From: an uncultured Pelagibacteraceae bacterium
GTDB taxonomy: Bacteria > Pseudomonadota > Alphaproteobacteria > Pelagibacterales > Pelagibacteraceae
Assembly: GCA_902520685.1 (NCBI GenBank)
Contig: CABYPE010000001.1
Coordinates: 9,255 to 73,254 of the forward strand
Length of the DNA stretch: 64,000 nt
Reading direction: 5' to 3'
The position numbers and the translations under genes were made by a program. The notes under the pieces were generated by a model. That model was not told the DNA's origin. It worked only from the letters and a program-made list of their open reading frames with translations, and made no database searches. Every line of letters starts with the position of its first letter. The first letter of the stretch is position 1. Below, piece after piece: positions 31,688 through 41,827 of the stretch.

Positions 31688-31714
31688 TTGATTTTTAATT
31701 CTAAATCTCCATAT
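31688..31714 (+). promoter_or_regulatory. Putative RpoH (sigma32)-type promoter of hspQ
   Basis: TTGA (31688-31691), 17 bp, CCATAT (31709-31714), 8 nt before the ATG of a heat-shock gene. Confidence 0.45.
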
Positions 31715-31722
31715 TAAACATA

Positions 31723-32043
31723 ATGGCAATACAAAAAGCTAAATTTTCTATTGGAGATATTGTAAAACACAAGCACTTTGAATTTAGGGGTGTGATTTAT
31801 GACGTTGATTTTGAATTTAATAATTCAGAAGAGTGGTATCAATCAATTCCAAAAAATGTTCGACCTAGGAAAGACCAACCATTTTACCATTTACTTGCAG
31901 AAAATGATGAAATTACATATGAGGCATATGTATCTGAGCAAAATCTTCTAATTGATGATTCAGATGAACCAATTAAGCATCCTCTTATTGAAGAGATTTT
32001 TTCTGGAAAAAAGGGCTCTAGTTATTTTAAGCCTTCTAATTAG
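31723..32043 (+). CDS. hspQ: Heat shock protein HspQ
   Basis: KFSIG.IV.H, RGVI.DVD, DQPFYHLLAE, AYVSEQNL. Confidence 0.93.
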   Translation: MAIQKAKFSIGDIVKHKHFEFRGVIYDVDFEFNNSEEWYQSIPKNVRPRKDQPFYHLLAENDEITYEAYVSEQNLLIDDSDEPIKHPLIEEIFSGKKGSSYFKPSN

Positions 32044-32109
32044 AATAATCATCATTTTAACACATTTAGCTCAAATCTTAGACAAAGAGATCAAGTAATT
32101 TAACGTCAA

Positions 32110-32173
32110 TATCTGATCAAGGGTGTGAAATTTTATCCTTGTTATTATCTCCCTCTGCATTCTTGATCAGATA
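32110..32173. other. 12-bp perfect inverted repeat with 40-nt spacer, function unknown
   Basis: TATCTGATCAAG (32110-32121) / CTTGATCAGATA (32162-32173) in the hspQ-ccmC spacer. Confidence 0.6.
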
Positions 32174-32207
32174 CATCTTTCATACTAAAAGTTTTATAAA
32201 ATAATTT

Positions 32208-32915
32208 ATGTTTAAATTTTTTGAACCAAATAAGATATTTTTAATTACATCAAAAGCACCAAAGTATGTAATGTTATTATTTATTTTAGTTCTTTCAATA
32301 GGCTTGTTAGAAGCTTTAGTTTTATCACCTGAGGATTATAAACAAAGCCATAGTGTTAGGATTATGTATGTTCACGTTCCTGCCGCATGGATTGCTTTAG
32401 GAATTTTTTCTTCAATTACATTTTTATCTCTAAGTGGCTTTATTTTTAAAAACAAAAATTTTTTTTTGATTGCAAAAAGTCTTGCACCATCGGGATTAGT
32501 TTTTAATATTGTTGCACTTGTGACAGGTTCTATTTGGGGGAAACCTACTTGGGGAACATGGTGGGCTTGGGATGCTCGTATTACATCTATGTTAATCTTA
32601 GCTATGTTTTATTTTTTATATATAATTGCTTGGAGAATTTACGAGGAAAAAGAACAAGTCTTCAAGATAACAACTCTGATAACTATTTTTGGAATTATAA
32701 ATATTCCAATTATTAAATATTCTGTTGATTGGTGGAATACACTTCATCAACCAGCTTCGATAAATATTTTGTCAAAGTCTTCAATTCATTCTTCAATGCT
32801 CCTTCCTCTAATGATCATGACTGCGGCATTTGCACTGTTTTCATTGTTAATTTTTTTGATGAAATATAATACTGAATTGATAAAGTTAAAAAATAAGGGT
32901 TTAGATAGATTATGA
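32208..32915 (+). CDS. ccmC: Heme exporter protein C
   Basis: YVHVP, WGKPTWGTWWAWDAR, WWNTLHQ. Confidence 0.97.
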   Translation: MFKFFEPNKIFLITSKAPKYVMLLFILVLSIGLLEALVLSPEDYKQSHSVRIMYVHVPAAWIALGIFSSITFLSLSGFIFKNKNFFLIAKSLAPSGLVFNIVALVTGSIWGKPTWGTWWAWDARITSMLILAMFYFLYIIAWRIYEEKEQVFKITTLITIFGIINIPIIKYSVDWWNTLHQPASINILSKSSIHSSMLLPLMIMTAAFALFSLLIFLMKYNTELIKLKNKGLDRL

Positions 32916-33139
32916 TATATGAATTATTAAATATGAACGGATATGGTCTTTATGTTTGGTCTGCGTTTTCTTTTACCTTATTAAGTTTTACAATTTTGTA
33001 TTTGGTAATAAAAGCTCAGTACATTAGAGAAAAAAATAAATTTTTAACTAAGTATGGTACCCTTAATGCTCAAAAAGCTAAAATTGCAAGAACTCAAATT
33101 ATTAATCAAGAGATTTTATCTAACAGCCAAAGTATCTAA
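32912..33139 (+). CDS. ccmD: Heme exporter protein D
   Basis: MNGYGLYVWSAF; between ccmC and ccmE. Confidence 0.88.
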   Translation: MIYELLNMNGYGLYVWSAFSFTLLSFTILYLVIKAQYIREKNKFLTKYGTLNAQKAKIARTQIINQEILSNSQSI

Positions 33140-33149
33140 TTTTTGAACC

Positions 33150-33563
33150 ATGTATGGTCCAAAAGTTAAGTTAAGATTTTTTTTCATCTTACTGATTTTA
33201 TCTATTCTGACATTAACAGTATTTTTAGTTTTAAAATCTTTAGAGGAAAATGTAGTTTATTTTAAATCTCCATCTGACGTTAAGTTAATGACAGAATTAA
33301 AAAATAAAAAAATTAGAATTGGAGGAATGGTAAAAAAAAACTCTATAGCAATGTCAACAAATGAGGTTAATTTTATAATTACTGACTTTAAAAATGAAAT
33401 TAATGTTATTTATTCTGGTGTTGTTCCAAATTTGTTTTCTGAAGGAAAGGGAGTTGTGGCGGAGGGATTTTTAAAAGATAGAAATTTCTTTCAAGCTTCA
33501 AAAATACTTGCAAAGCATGATGAGAATTATATGCCTCCAGAGGTTAAAGCAGCTTTAAAGTAA
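33150..33563 (+). CDS. ccmE: Heme chaperone CcmE
   Basis: [23 protein letters not shown]. Confidence 0.96.
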   Translation: MYGPKVKLRFFFILLILSILTLTVFLVLKSLEENVVYFKSPSDVKLMTELKNKKIRIGGMVKKNSIAMSTNEVNFIITDFKNEINVIYSGVVPNLFSEGKGVVAEGFLKDRNFFQASKILAKHDENYMPPEVKAALK

Positions 33564-33568
33564 AAATA

Positions 33569-35443
33569 ATGATTTATAGCTCTATCGGATATTATGCTTT
33601 AATAATTGGATTAGCAATTTCATTACCAATATTTTTTTTTTCAATTATTAATTTAAGAAATAATGAAATATTAGATATAAAGATAATAAGCTTTTCTTTC
33701 ATTCAATTATTATTAGTTGTCATCAGTTTTTTGGGATTAATAGTCTCTTTTGTTTTATCTGATTTTAGTAATGAAACTGTTTTTAATAATTCTCATACGA
33801 CTAAACCACTATTTTATAAAATTTCTGGTACATGGGGAAACCACGAGGGTAGTTTATTGTTATGGTTATTAGTACTTACTTTGTTTATTTTTGTTTTCTT
33901 AATTACATCTAAAAATTTATTAAAAAATTACAGAATTTTAACAGTTCTTTTTCAACAAATTATAATAATAGGTTTTTTCTTTTTTTTATTAGATTCTTCA
34001 AATCCTTTTAATCAAATGTTCCCAATACCAAATGAAGGCTTAGGTCTCAATCCTATTTTACAAGATCCTGCTTTAGCAATACATCCTCCAATTTTGTATC
34101 TTGGTTACGTTGGTTCTTCAGTTATTTTTTCTAGTGTACTTGCAGCTACCAGCTTAAATTTTATTTCAAAAACTTGGGCCGCACACATTAAAAAATGGGT
34201 ATTAATTTCTTGGATTTTTCTTACTTTAGGTATCTTATTAGGATCAATCTGGGCATATTACGAACTGGGATGGGGTGGTTTTTGGTTTTGGGACCCAGTA
34301 GAAAATGTGTCTTTAATGCCATGGTTAGCTTTAACGACACTACTACATTGTATTTTAGTTTTAGAAAAAAGATCTACACTTAAATCTTGGGTAATAATTT
34401 TATCTATAACTACCTTTACGTTAAGTATGTCTGGAACTTTTTTAGTTAGATCAGGAATTTTAAATTCAGTTCATACATTTGCTAGTGATCCTGAGAGAGG
34501 TTTGTTTATTTTGTCTTTTTTATTTATATTAATTTTTATTTCATTATTTGTTTTTTTTGCTTTTCATAAATCAGATAAAAAAGAAATAATTTTATTTTCA
34601 TTGTTTAGTAAAGAGACATCAATATTAGTTAATAATTGGCTAATGATGTATTTCTTATCTGTTGTTTTAATTGGAACTACCTATCCAATATTTCTAGATG
34701 TTATTTCATCTGAACAAATATCAGTAGGTCCTCCTTTTTATCATAAGTTGATAATTCCTTTTTTAATTCCATTTTTAATATTTATGGCAATGGGCTCACA
34801 ACTAAGATGGATTAAATCCGAGTTGAATAAAAAAATATACCTTATATTTTTTTTGATTATATCTTTTCTAATATCTTATTTAATCCTAAAAAATTTTGGA
34901 AATAATCATTTGATAAATACTGTTTTAATTGGAAGTGCTTTTTATTTATTCTTAATAACTATTAGAGATTTTTTAAAAGAAAAAAAACAAAACCTTTCTC
35001 AAAATTTATCTCATTTTGGTTTTAGCATGTTAATACTAAGTATTTTATTTAATAATATTTTTTCAAGTGAAGTTATTACTAATTTAAAAGTTGGGGAAAC
35101 TTTTAAGAACGAAAAATTTAAAATTGAATTTAATGATCTTAAAAAATTCAAAGAAGAAAATTATGTATCTTTTAAAGGTTATTTTTTAATCGAAGGGAAT
35201 AGATCTAGAGAAAAATTAGAACCTGAATTAAGAGTTTATAACCAGCCAAATATTATTACTAGTGAGGCTGATATTAAAACTACATTATTATCTGATAAGT
35301 TTATTACAATTAACACAGTACAAAATGAAGAATATTTTAATGTAAGATATCAAATAAAACCATTTATGTTATGGATTTGGATTTCGGTTTTATTAATTTC
35401 TCTTGGTGGATGTGTTAGTTTATTTAGAAAAAAAAGTTTATGA
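33569..35443 (+). CDS. ccmF: Cytochrome c heme lyase CcmF
   Basis: WGNHEGS, HPPILY, WAYYELGWGGFWFWDPVEN, SVHTF. Confidence 0.97.
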   Translation: MIYSSIGYYALIIGLAISLPIFFFSIINLRNNEILDIKIISFSFIQLLLVVISFLGLIVSFVLSDFSNETVFNNSHTTKPLFYKISGTWGNHEGSLLLWLLVLTLFIFVFLITSKNLLKNYRILTVLFQQIIIIGFFFFLLDSSNPFNQMFPIPNEGLGLNPILQDPALAIHPPILYLGYVGSSVIFSSVLAATSLNFISKTWAAHIKKWVLISWIFLTLGILLGSIWAYYELGWGGFWFWDPVENVSLMPWLALTTLLHCILVLEKRSTLKSWVIILSITTFTLSMSGTFLVRSGILNSVHTFASDPERGLFILSFLFILIFISLFVFFAFHKSDKKEIILFSLFSKETSILVNNWLMMYFLSVVLIGTTYPIFLDVISSEQISVGPPFYHKLIIPFLIPFLIFMAMGSQLRWIKSELNKKIYLIFFLIISFLISYLILKNFGNNHLINTVLIGSAFYLFLITIRDFLKEKKQNLSQNLSHFGFSMLILSILFNNIFSSEVITNLKVGETFKNEKFKIEFNDLKKFKEENYVSFKGYFLIEGNRSREKLEPELRVYNQPNIITSEADIKTTLLSDKFITINTVQNEEYFNVRYQIKPFMLWIWISVLLISLGGCVSLFRKKSL

Positions 35444-35955
35444 AAAAAAAGATAATATCTTTTTTAATAGTTTCATCGTTGATATTTATATTTATAATTT
35501 TTTATAAAGGTCTAAATCGATCAAATTTTTATAAACCTAAAAGTGAAATTAAAAATATCCCACAATTTTTAGCTATATCTTTTTATTCAAAAAAAAAAAT
35601 AGATTCAAAGAACATTTTTAATACAGAAAAATATTATCTCCTAAATATTTGGGCCTCGTGGTGTGTACCATGTAGAGACGAACACCCTATACTATTTGAT
35701 TTAGCTAAAAATGAAAAGTTGGAAATTATAGGCTTGAACTATAAAGACAAGGAAAGCAATGCTCAAAATTTTCTTGATGAATTGGGAGACCCTTATGAAC
35801 AAATTTTACTCGATAAGGATGGAACAAATGCTATTGAATGGGGAGCTATTGGTGTACCTGAAACTTTTTTGATTTATAAAAATAAAGTAATTAAAAAATT
35901 CATTGGACCACTTAATCAAAAATCTATTAAAGAAATTGCACAAATTATAAAATGA
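35440..35955 (+). CDS. ccmG: Thiol:disulfide interchange protein CcmG/DsbE
   Basis: WASWCVPC, NYKD, GVPETF. Confidence 0.93.
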   Translation: MKKKIISFLIVSSLIFIFIIFYKGLNRSNFYKPKSEIKNIPQFLAISFYSKKKIDSKNIFNTEKYYLLNIWASWCVPCRDEHPILFDLAKNEKLEIIGLNYKDKESNAQNFLDELGDPYEQILLDKDGTNAIEWGAIGVPETFLIYKNKVIKKFIGPLNQKSIKEIAQIIK

Positions 35956-36317
35956 AAATATTAAAATTAATTCTTTTATTCTTAATTTTTACTCATTTGA
36001 CCGCTGTAAGTGCAAATGAGGATAAATTACAAAATAAAATAACAAAAAATTTAAGATGTTTGGTTTGCCAGGGTCAGTCAGTTTATGATTCTGACTCAGA
36101 TTTTGCTGTAAGTCTTAAATTAGTAGTTCAAAATAAAATTAAACAAGGATTATCTGAGGAGGATATTTATAATTTTTTGACAGATAAATATGGTGAGTGG
36201 ATTCTTTATGATCCAAAATTTAATAAAAATACATATTTATTGTGGTTTTTACCTCTATTGATCTTACTATTAGGTGGTGCGATAATAAAAAAAAAACTAA
36301 TAAAAATTAAAAGATAA
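35952..36317 (+). CDS. ccmH: Cytochrome c biogenesis protein CcmH
   Basis: LRCLVCQGQS, YG.W.LY.P. Confidence 0.93.
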   Translation: MKILKLILLFLIFTHLTAVSANEDKLQNKITKNLRCLVCQGQSVYDSDSDFAVSLKLVVQNKIKQGLSEEDIYNFLTDKYGEWILYDPKFNKNTYLLWFLPLLILLLGGAIIKKKLIKIKR

Positions 36318-36331
36318 TCTGTTAAATAAAA

Positions 36332-36847
36332 GTGATGTTTTTAAAAAGACTAAGTGTATTTCTGATAATTATTTTTTTTGTAATAAAGATAAGTGTTGCA
36401 GAGGAAATTGATAATAATGAACATCAACTAAATTTTTACACAGGAAATTTTGATTTTAGTGATGACAAACAAAAAGCTATTTTAGTTGGTTTTCAACATC
36501 AAAATGAGAATTTAGTTAGAGACTCAATTATGGGTAACGTATCGCCGATTACTGGTGGTTTTGTTACTGATAATTCTGCTGCATACATTTATACAGGAAT
36601 AGAATGGAATGTAGATATGGGTGGAGGCTTGACCTTCACGCCTAGTTTTGCACCAGGATTGTATCATAAGGGAGATGGAAAAGATCTTGGTCATGTATTA
36701 GAATTTAAATCTGAAGTTCAATTATCCTTCGCAGCATCAGATAATACAAATATTGGTCTTTCATATAATCATGTATCAAATGCGAGTTTAGGAGATAAAA
36801 ATCCTGGGGCAAATAGTTATATGTTCAATTTTATTAAAAACTTTTAA
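36332..36847 (+). CDS. Acyloxyacyl hydrolase / PagL-like outer-membrane lipid A deacylase
   Basis: Signal peptide, beta-strand pattern, HVSNA...NPG, terminal Phe. Confidence 0.78.
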   Translation: MMFLKRLSVFLIIIFFVIKISVAEEIDNNEHQLNFYTGNFDFSDDKQKAILVGFQHQNENLVRDSIMGNVSPITGGFVTDNSAAYIYTGIEWNVDMGGGLTFTPSFAPGLYHKGDGKDLGHVLEFKSEVQLSFAASDNTNIGLSYNHVSNASLGDKNPGANSYMFNFIKNF

Positions 36848-36855
36848 TATTCAGA

Positions 36856-38007
36856 ATGAATTTAAAAGATTGTCATAACTTTGCCGATTTTAGAAAATTA
36901 GCTAAGAGAAAACTGCCATCACCTATATTTCATTATATAGACGGTGCAGCTGATGATGAAATAACTTACCAGAGAAATACAAGTTCATTTGATGATGTTG
37001 ATTTAGTCCCAAATGTTTTAAGAGGTGTAGAAAATGTGGATTTGTCTACTACGATTTTTGGAAAAAAGTTAGACCTACCTTTTTATCTTGCTCCCACCGC
37101 ACTTCAAAGACTTTTTCACTACGATGGTGAACGAGCAGTTGGAAAAGCAGCAAAAAAATTTAATACTATGTTTGGCGTTTCAGCTTTAGCAACGGTTAGT
37201 GTAGAAGAGATATCATCCATGATTGATACACCAAAAATGTTTCAGTTTTATTTTCATAAAGATAGAGGCTTGAATGATTCTTGCTTAGAAAGAGCAAAAG
37301 CAGCTAAATTTGATGTAATGGCGTTAACAGTTGATACAATAACTGGAGGAAATCGTGAAAGAGATTTAAGGACAGGGTTTACATCACCTCCAAAGTTAAC
37401 ATTATCAAGTTTATTTAGTTTTGCTACCAAGCCAATGTGGGGAATAAATTATTTAACAAAAGGTAAGTTTGAATTACCACATCTTCAAGATTTTGTAAAA
37501 GAAGGTACAAGCACTAATTCCTCGATAGGAAACTATTTTTCTACAATGTTGGACCAATCCATGAATTGGAAAGATGCTGAACAACTTTGTTCTAAGTGGG
37601 GTGGTCATTTTGCTCTTAAAGGAGTGATGAGTGTTGATGACGCTAAAAGGGCTGTTGATATTGGGTGTACAGGTATAATGGTTTCAAATCATGGTGGAAG
37701 ACAACTTGATGGATCTAGATCTCCATTTGACCAACTTGCAGAAATTGTTGATGCAGTTGGTGATAAGATAGATGTAATTTGCGAAGGTGGAATTCATAGA
37801 GGCACACACATGCTAAAAGCTTTATCATTGGGAGCTAAAGCTTGTTCAGGTGGAAGATTATATCTTTATGCTTTAGCAGCAGGCGGGCAAGCAGGTGTTG
37901 AAAGAGCTATTGAAAAATATAAGTCTGAATTAGTAAGAGATATGAAATTAATGGGATGTACAAAAATTAGTGATCTAAATCGAAACAACTTAAGATTTAG
38001 AAGATAG
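36856..38007 (+). CDS. FMN-dependent alpha-hydroxy acid oxidase/dehydrogenase (LldD-like), copy 1
   Basis: YIDG, LTVDT, RERD, SNHGGRQLDG. Confidence 0.93.
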   Translation: MNLKDCHNFADFRKLAKRKLPSPIFHYIDGAADDEITYQRNTSSFDDVDLVPNVLRGVENVDLSTTIFGKKLDLPFYLAPTALQRLFHYDGERAVGKAAKKFNTMFGVSALATVSVEEISSMIDTPKMFQFYFHKDRGLNDSCLERAKAAKFDVMALTVDTITGGNRERDLRTGFTSPPKLTLSSLFSFATKPMWGINYLTKGKFELPHLQDFVKEGTSTNSSIGNYFSTMLDQSMNWKDAEQLCSKWGGHFALKGVMSVDDAKRAVDIGCTGIMVSNHGGRQLDGSRSPFDQLAEIVDAVGDKIDVICEGGIHRGTHMLKALSLGAKACSGGRLYLYALAAGGQAGVERAIEKYKSELVRDMKLMGCTKISDLNRNNLRFRR

Positions 38008-39158
38008 TGAGTTTAAAAAATTGTTATAACTTTGATGATTTTAGGAAATTAGCACAAAAAAAATTACCTTCACCAATTTTTCATTACATAGATGGGGGTG
38101 CTGATGATGAGTCTACTCTAAGAAGAAATACTGATTCATTTAACGATTGCGACTTAGTTCCTAATATTTTAGCAAGCGTTGGCAAGCCAGATCTATCAAC
38201 AACTTTGTTTGGTAGAAAAATTGATATGCCTATTTTTCTATCTCCTGCTGCAATGCAAAGACTGTATCATCCAGATGGAGATAAAGCCTCTGCTAGGGCT
38301 GCTGAAAAATTTAATACTTTTTATAGTATGTCTTCGATGGGAAATAATACTATTGAAGAGGTATCTAATATTTCAAGTGGGCCAAAGTTATTTCAACTTT
38401 ATGTTCATAAAGATCGATCAATATCAGATGATTTAATAGATAGATCTAGAAGATCTGGTTTTGATGCGATGTGCTTAACAGTAGATACTTTAGTTGCTGG
38501 TAATAGAGAAAAAGATCATAGAACAGGATTTACTACGCCTCCAAAACTTACAATTCAAAGCCTAATGAGTTTTGCAATGCGTCCTAGTTGGGTTATTAAT
38601 TATTTAACAGGCAAAAGATTTGAATTATCAAATGTAAAAAAAAAAACTGATAAAGGAACAAATATTGCTAAGTCAGTTATTGAATATATTAATGAACAGT
38701 ATGATCCAGCTATGGGATGGAAAGATGCAGAGTATTGTGCAAAAAAATGGAATGGACCATTTGCATTAAAAGGCGTTATGTCAGTAGATGATGCGAAGAG
38801 AGCTATTGATATTGGATGTACTGCAATAATGATTTCTAATCATGGTGGACGTCAATTAGATGGATCTAGATCGCCTTTTGATCAAGTTAAAGCAATTTCT
38901 GATGCAGTAGGTGATAAATTAGAAATAATTTTAGACGGAGGTGTAAGAAGAGGAACACATGTATTAAAAGCGATTGCAGCAGGCGCTAAAGCATGTAGCT
39001 TTGGAAAAATGTTCTTGTTCTCTTTGGCTGCAGGAGGTCAACAAGGTGTTGAACATTTGTTACAAAATATGCACGATGAAATAAATCGAAATATGGTTTT
39101 AATGGGGTGTAAAAATTTGAGAGAACTAAATAATTCAAAATTAATTTATAGAAAATAA
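38007..39158 (+). CDS. FMN-dependent alpha-hydroxy acid oxidase/dehydrogenase (LldD-like), copy 2
   Basis: YIDGG, LTVDT, SNHGGRQLDG, DGGVRRG; GTG start overlaps the upstream TAG. Confidence 0.93.
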   Translation: MSLKNCYNFDDFRKLAQKKLPSPIFHYIDGGADDESTLRRNTDSFNDCDLVPNILASVGKPDLSTTLFGRKIDMPIFLSPAAMQRLYHPDGDKASARAAEKFNTFYSMSSMGNNTIEEVSNISSGPKLFQLYVHKDRSISDDLIDRSRRSGFDAMCLTVDTLVAGNREKDHRTGFTTPPKLTIQSLMSFAMRPSWVINYLTGKRFELSNVKKKTDKGTNIAKSVIEYINEQYDPAMGWKDAEYCAKKWNGPFALKGVMSVDDAKRAIDIGCTAIMISNHGGRQLDGSRSPFDQVKAISDAVGDKLEIILDGGVRRGTHVLKAIAAGAKACSFGKMFLFSLAAGGQQGVEHLLQNMHDEINRNMVLMGCKNLRELNNSKLIYRK

Positions 39159-39231
39159 ATTTTGATTATTTATAAAAACTAGATATAAAAAAAATAAATT
39201 AATCACTTAAAAAAAAATAATAAGGTAAAGT

Positions 39232-40398
39232 ATGAAACTAGCAAAAAATTTGGAAAACTTAGGAACAGAAACAGCATTTTCTGTTTTAGCTGAAGCTAAA
39301 GCACTGGAAGCCAAAGGGAACCCGATGATACACTTAGGTTTGGGTCAACCAGATTTCAAAACACCAAAACATGTTGTCGAAGCTGCAAAAAAAGCCTTAG
39401 ATGATGGTCATCATGGATATGTAATGTCTAATGGTATTCCTGAATGTAGGCAGGCTGTAACAAGATGGATTAAAAAACGTTACAACACAGATGTAGATTT
39501 TGAAAGAATTTTAATTATGCCTGGTGGAAAACCAACAATGAGTTATGCAATTCAATGTTTTGGTGAACCAGGAGCAGAAATAATCCACCCTACACCAGCT
39601 TTTCCAATTTATGAGTCGATGATAAATTATACTGGATCAACCTCTGTTCCTTACGATTTAACAGAAGATAAAGATTTAAAATTTAATCCTGAAAAAATTT
39701 TATCTCTAATAACAGACAAAACTAGACTATTAATTTTAATCAATCCAAATAATCCAACTGGAAGTTTTGTGGAAAAATCTGACATAGATGTACTAGCTGA
39801 AGGACTAAAAAAACATCCTCATGTTACCATTCTTAGTGATGAGATTTATAGTAGACAAATTTTTGATAACAAGGAAATGCCAACATTTTTTAATTATCCA
39901 GAATTAAGAGAAAGATTAATAGTATTAGAAGGATGGAGCAAAGCTTATTCAATGACAGGATGGAGATTGGGTTGGAGTTTTTGGCCTAAAGAATTAGTTC
40001 CACATGTAAACAAACTTTTAATCAATAGTGTTTCATGTGTTAATGCAGCTGCACAATTTGCAGGCATAGCAGCTTTAGATGGACCAGATGATTCAATTGA
40101 TCAAATGATGGTAAAATTTACACAGCGAAGAAATCTAATTCATAAAGGATTAAATGATCTTCCAGGAGTTGAATGTAGTTTACCAGGAGGAGCTTTTTAT
40201 GCTTTCCCTAAAGTGATCGGTACAGGAATGAATGGAGCAGAATTTGCAAAAAAAGCTATGCATGAGGCTGGAGTAGCTATTGTTCCAGGGACTGCTTTTG
40301 GAAAAACTTGTCAAGACTACGTTAGGTTCAGTTTTGCTGCTTCTCAGGATAATATTTCTCAAGCATTAGAAAATATTAAGAAAATGTTAACTAAATAA
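39232..40398 (+). CDS. PLP-dependent class I/II aminotransferase
   Basis: GQPDF, NPNNPTG, SDEIY, SKAYSMTGWRLG. Confidence 0.93.
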   Translation: MKLAKNLENLGTETAFSVLAEAKALEAKGNPMIHLGLGQPDFKTPKHVVEAAKKALDDGHHGYVMSNGIPECRQAVTRWIKKRYNTDVDFERILIMPGGKPTMSYAIQCFGEPGAEIIHPTPAFPIYESMINYTGSTSVPYDLTEDKDLKFNPEKILSLITDKTRLLILINPNNPTGSFVEKSDIDVLAEGLKKHPHVTILSDEIYSRQIFDNKEMPTFFNYPELRERLIVLEGWSKAYSMTGWRLGWSFWPKELVPHVNKLLINSVSCVNAAAQFAGIAALDGPDDSIDQMMVKFTQRRNLIHKGLNDLPGVECSLPGGAFYAFPKVIGTGMNGAEFAKKAMHEAGVAIVPGTAFGKTCQDYVRFSFAASQDNISQALENIKKMLTK

Positions 40399-40436
40399 GC
40401 TGTATTTTTATATGAATTTTTATTAATATTCTTTTA

Positions 40437-41810
40437 ATGAATGATCAAGTCCAAACAGAGTTAAAAAAAATTTTTAATGGAAGATTTTCAACTTCAGAAT
40501 CGACCAGAGCTAATTATGCAAGGGGAGAGGATACATACGATCCAGTCTTATCGAAGGCAGTAGTTTTTCCAGAGACAAACGAAGAAGTTTCAAAAATATT
40601 AAGATTATGCAATAAACATAAGGTTCCAGTCGTTCCGTTTGGAACAGGAACATCTTTAGAAGGAAATGTTGTTGGAAATGAAAAAGGAATTACAATTTGT
40701 TTAGAAAAAATGAACAAAGTTTTAAGTGTCAATGTCGAAGATTTTGACTGTAGAGTTCAGGCATGTGTAACTAAGGAGCAATTAAATGAATATTTAAGAG
40801 AAGATGGTGTTTTCTTTCCAATTGATCCTGGCGCAAATGCTGCAATTGGAGGTATGGCTTCAACATCAGCCTCTGGGACAATGGCTGTTAAATATGGAAC
40901 CATGAAAACTGTTATCTCTGGTTTGACGGTAGTTTTACCGAATGGTGACATCATCAATACAGGTAGTAGAACTAAAAAAACTTCAGCAGGTTATAATTTA
41001 ACAAATCTATTTATTGGCTCTGAAGGTACTTTAGGTATTATTACTGAAGTTCAGTTAAGATTATCTCCTATACCAGAAAGTATAATGGCTGCAGTATGTC
41101 ATTTTCCAACATTAGAAAACGCTGTTCAGACTGCTCAACAAGTTATTCAGTATGGCATTCCAATTGCTAGAATTGAAATGCTCAATAAAGATCAAATGGG
41201 CATAAGTATAAATTATTCTAAACTAAAAGATATTCAGGCAGTACCAACATTATTTTTTGAATTTCATGGATCTGAGTCATCCAATAATGAGAATATTAAA
41301 ATTGTTGAAGAAATTTCAAAAGACAATAACGGAAGTTCTTTTAAGTGGGCAAAAGACTTAGAGGATAGAAACAAACTTTGGAAAGCAAGATGGGATGTTT
41401 ATTATTCAGTTAAAGCTTTGATAAATAACGGCAGGGTTTATTCAACTGATGTATGCTTACCTATTTCAAATATAACGGAGTGTGTTAATTTTGCTGAAGA
41501 ACAGGCAAAAAAATTTGGATTAAGAGCTCCAATGGTAGGTCACTTAGGGGATGGGAATTTTCATGTACTTTTACCTTTTGATCCAGCAGATAAAGAAATG
41601 TACAAGAAGATTAGAGAATTTAATGACTTGTTAATTAGAAAAGCATTAAAATTAAATGGAACTATAACAGGAGAACACGGAGTAGGTCTTCATAAAAAAG
41701 AATATTTATTAGAAGAGCATGGCGATAATATCCCGGTCATGAAAATGATTAAAAGAAGTATTGACCAAAATAATATAATGAATCCAGGTAAGATATTCGA
41801 TCTTAATTGA
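40437..41810 (+). CDS. FAD-linked D-2-hydroxyacid dehydrogenase (D-lactate dehydrogenase/GlcD family)
   Basis: GTGTSLEG, GSEGTLG, GHLGDGNFH, GEHGVG, MNPGK. Confidence 0.92.
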   Translation: MNDQVQTELKKIFNGRFSTSESTRANYARGEDTYDPVLSKAVVFPETNEEVSKILRLCNKHKVPVVPFGTGTSLEGNVVGNEKGITICLEKMNKVLSVNVEDFDCRVQACVTKEQLNEYLREDGVFFPIDPGANAAIGGMASTSASGTMAVKYGTMKTVISGLTVVLPNGDIINTGSRTKKTSAGYNLTNLFIGSEGTLGIITEVQLRLSPIPESIMAAVCHFPTLENAVQTAQQVIQYGIPIARIEMLNKDQMGISINYSKLKDIQAVPTLFFEFHGSESSNNENIKIVEEISKDNNGSSFKWAKDLEDRNKLWKARWDVYYSVKALINNGRVYSTDVCLPISNITECVNFAEEQAKKFGLRAPMVGHLGDGNFHVLLPFDPADKEMYKKIREFNDLLIRKALKLNGTITGEHGVGLHKKEYLLEEHGDNIPVMKMIKRSIDQNNIMNPGKIFDLN

Positions 41811-41827
41811 TAATCTAAAAAATATTT

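Noticed and set aside
32110-32173. SAM-I-like riboswitch on the minus strand (ATCAAGAATGCAGAGGGA)
   Set aside because: Only the first few nucleotides resemble the consensus; the GCAACC/GTGC core is absent and the orientation is antisense to both neighbours.
32208-36317. ccm operon lacking ccmA, ccmB and ccmI
   Set aside because: Split ccm loci are normal in alphaproteobacteria; the genes may lie outside the window.
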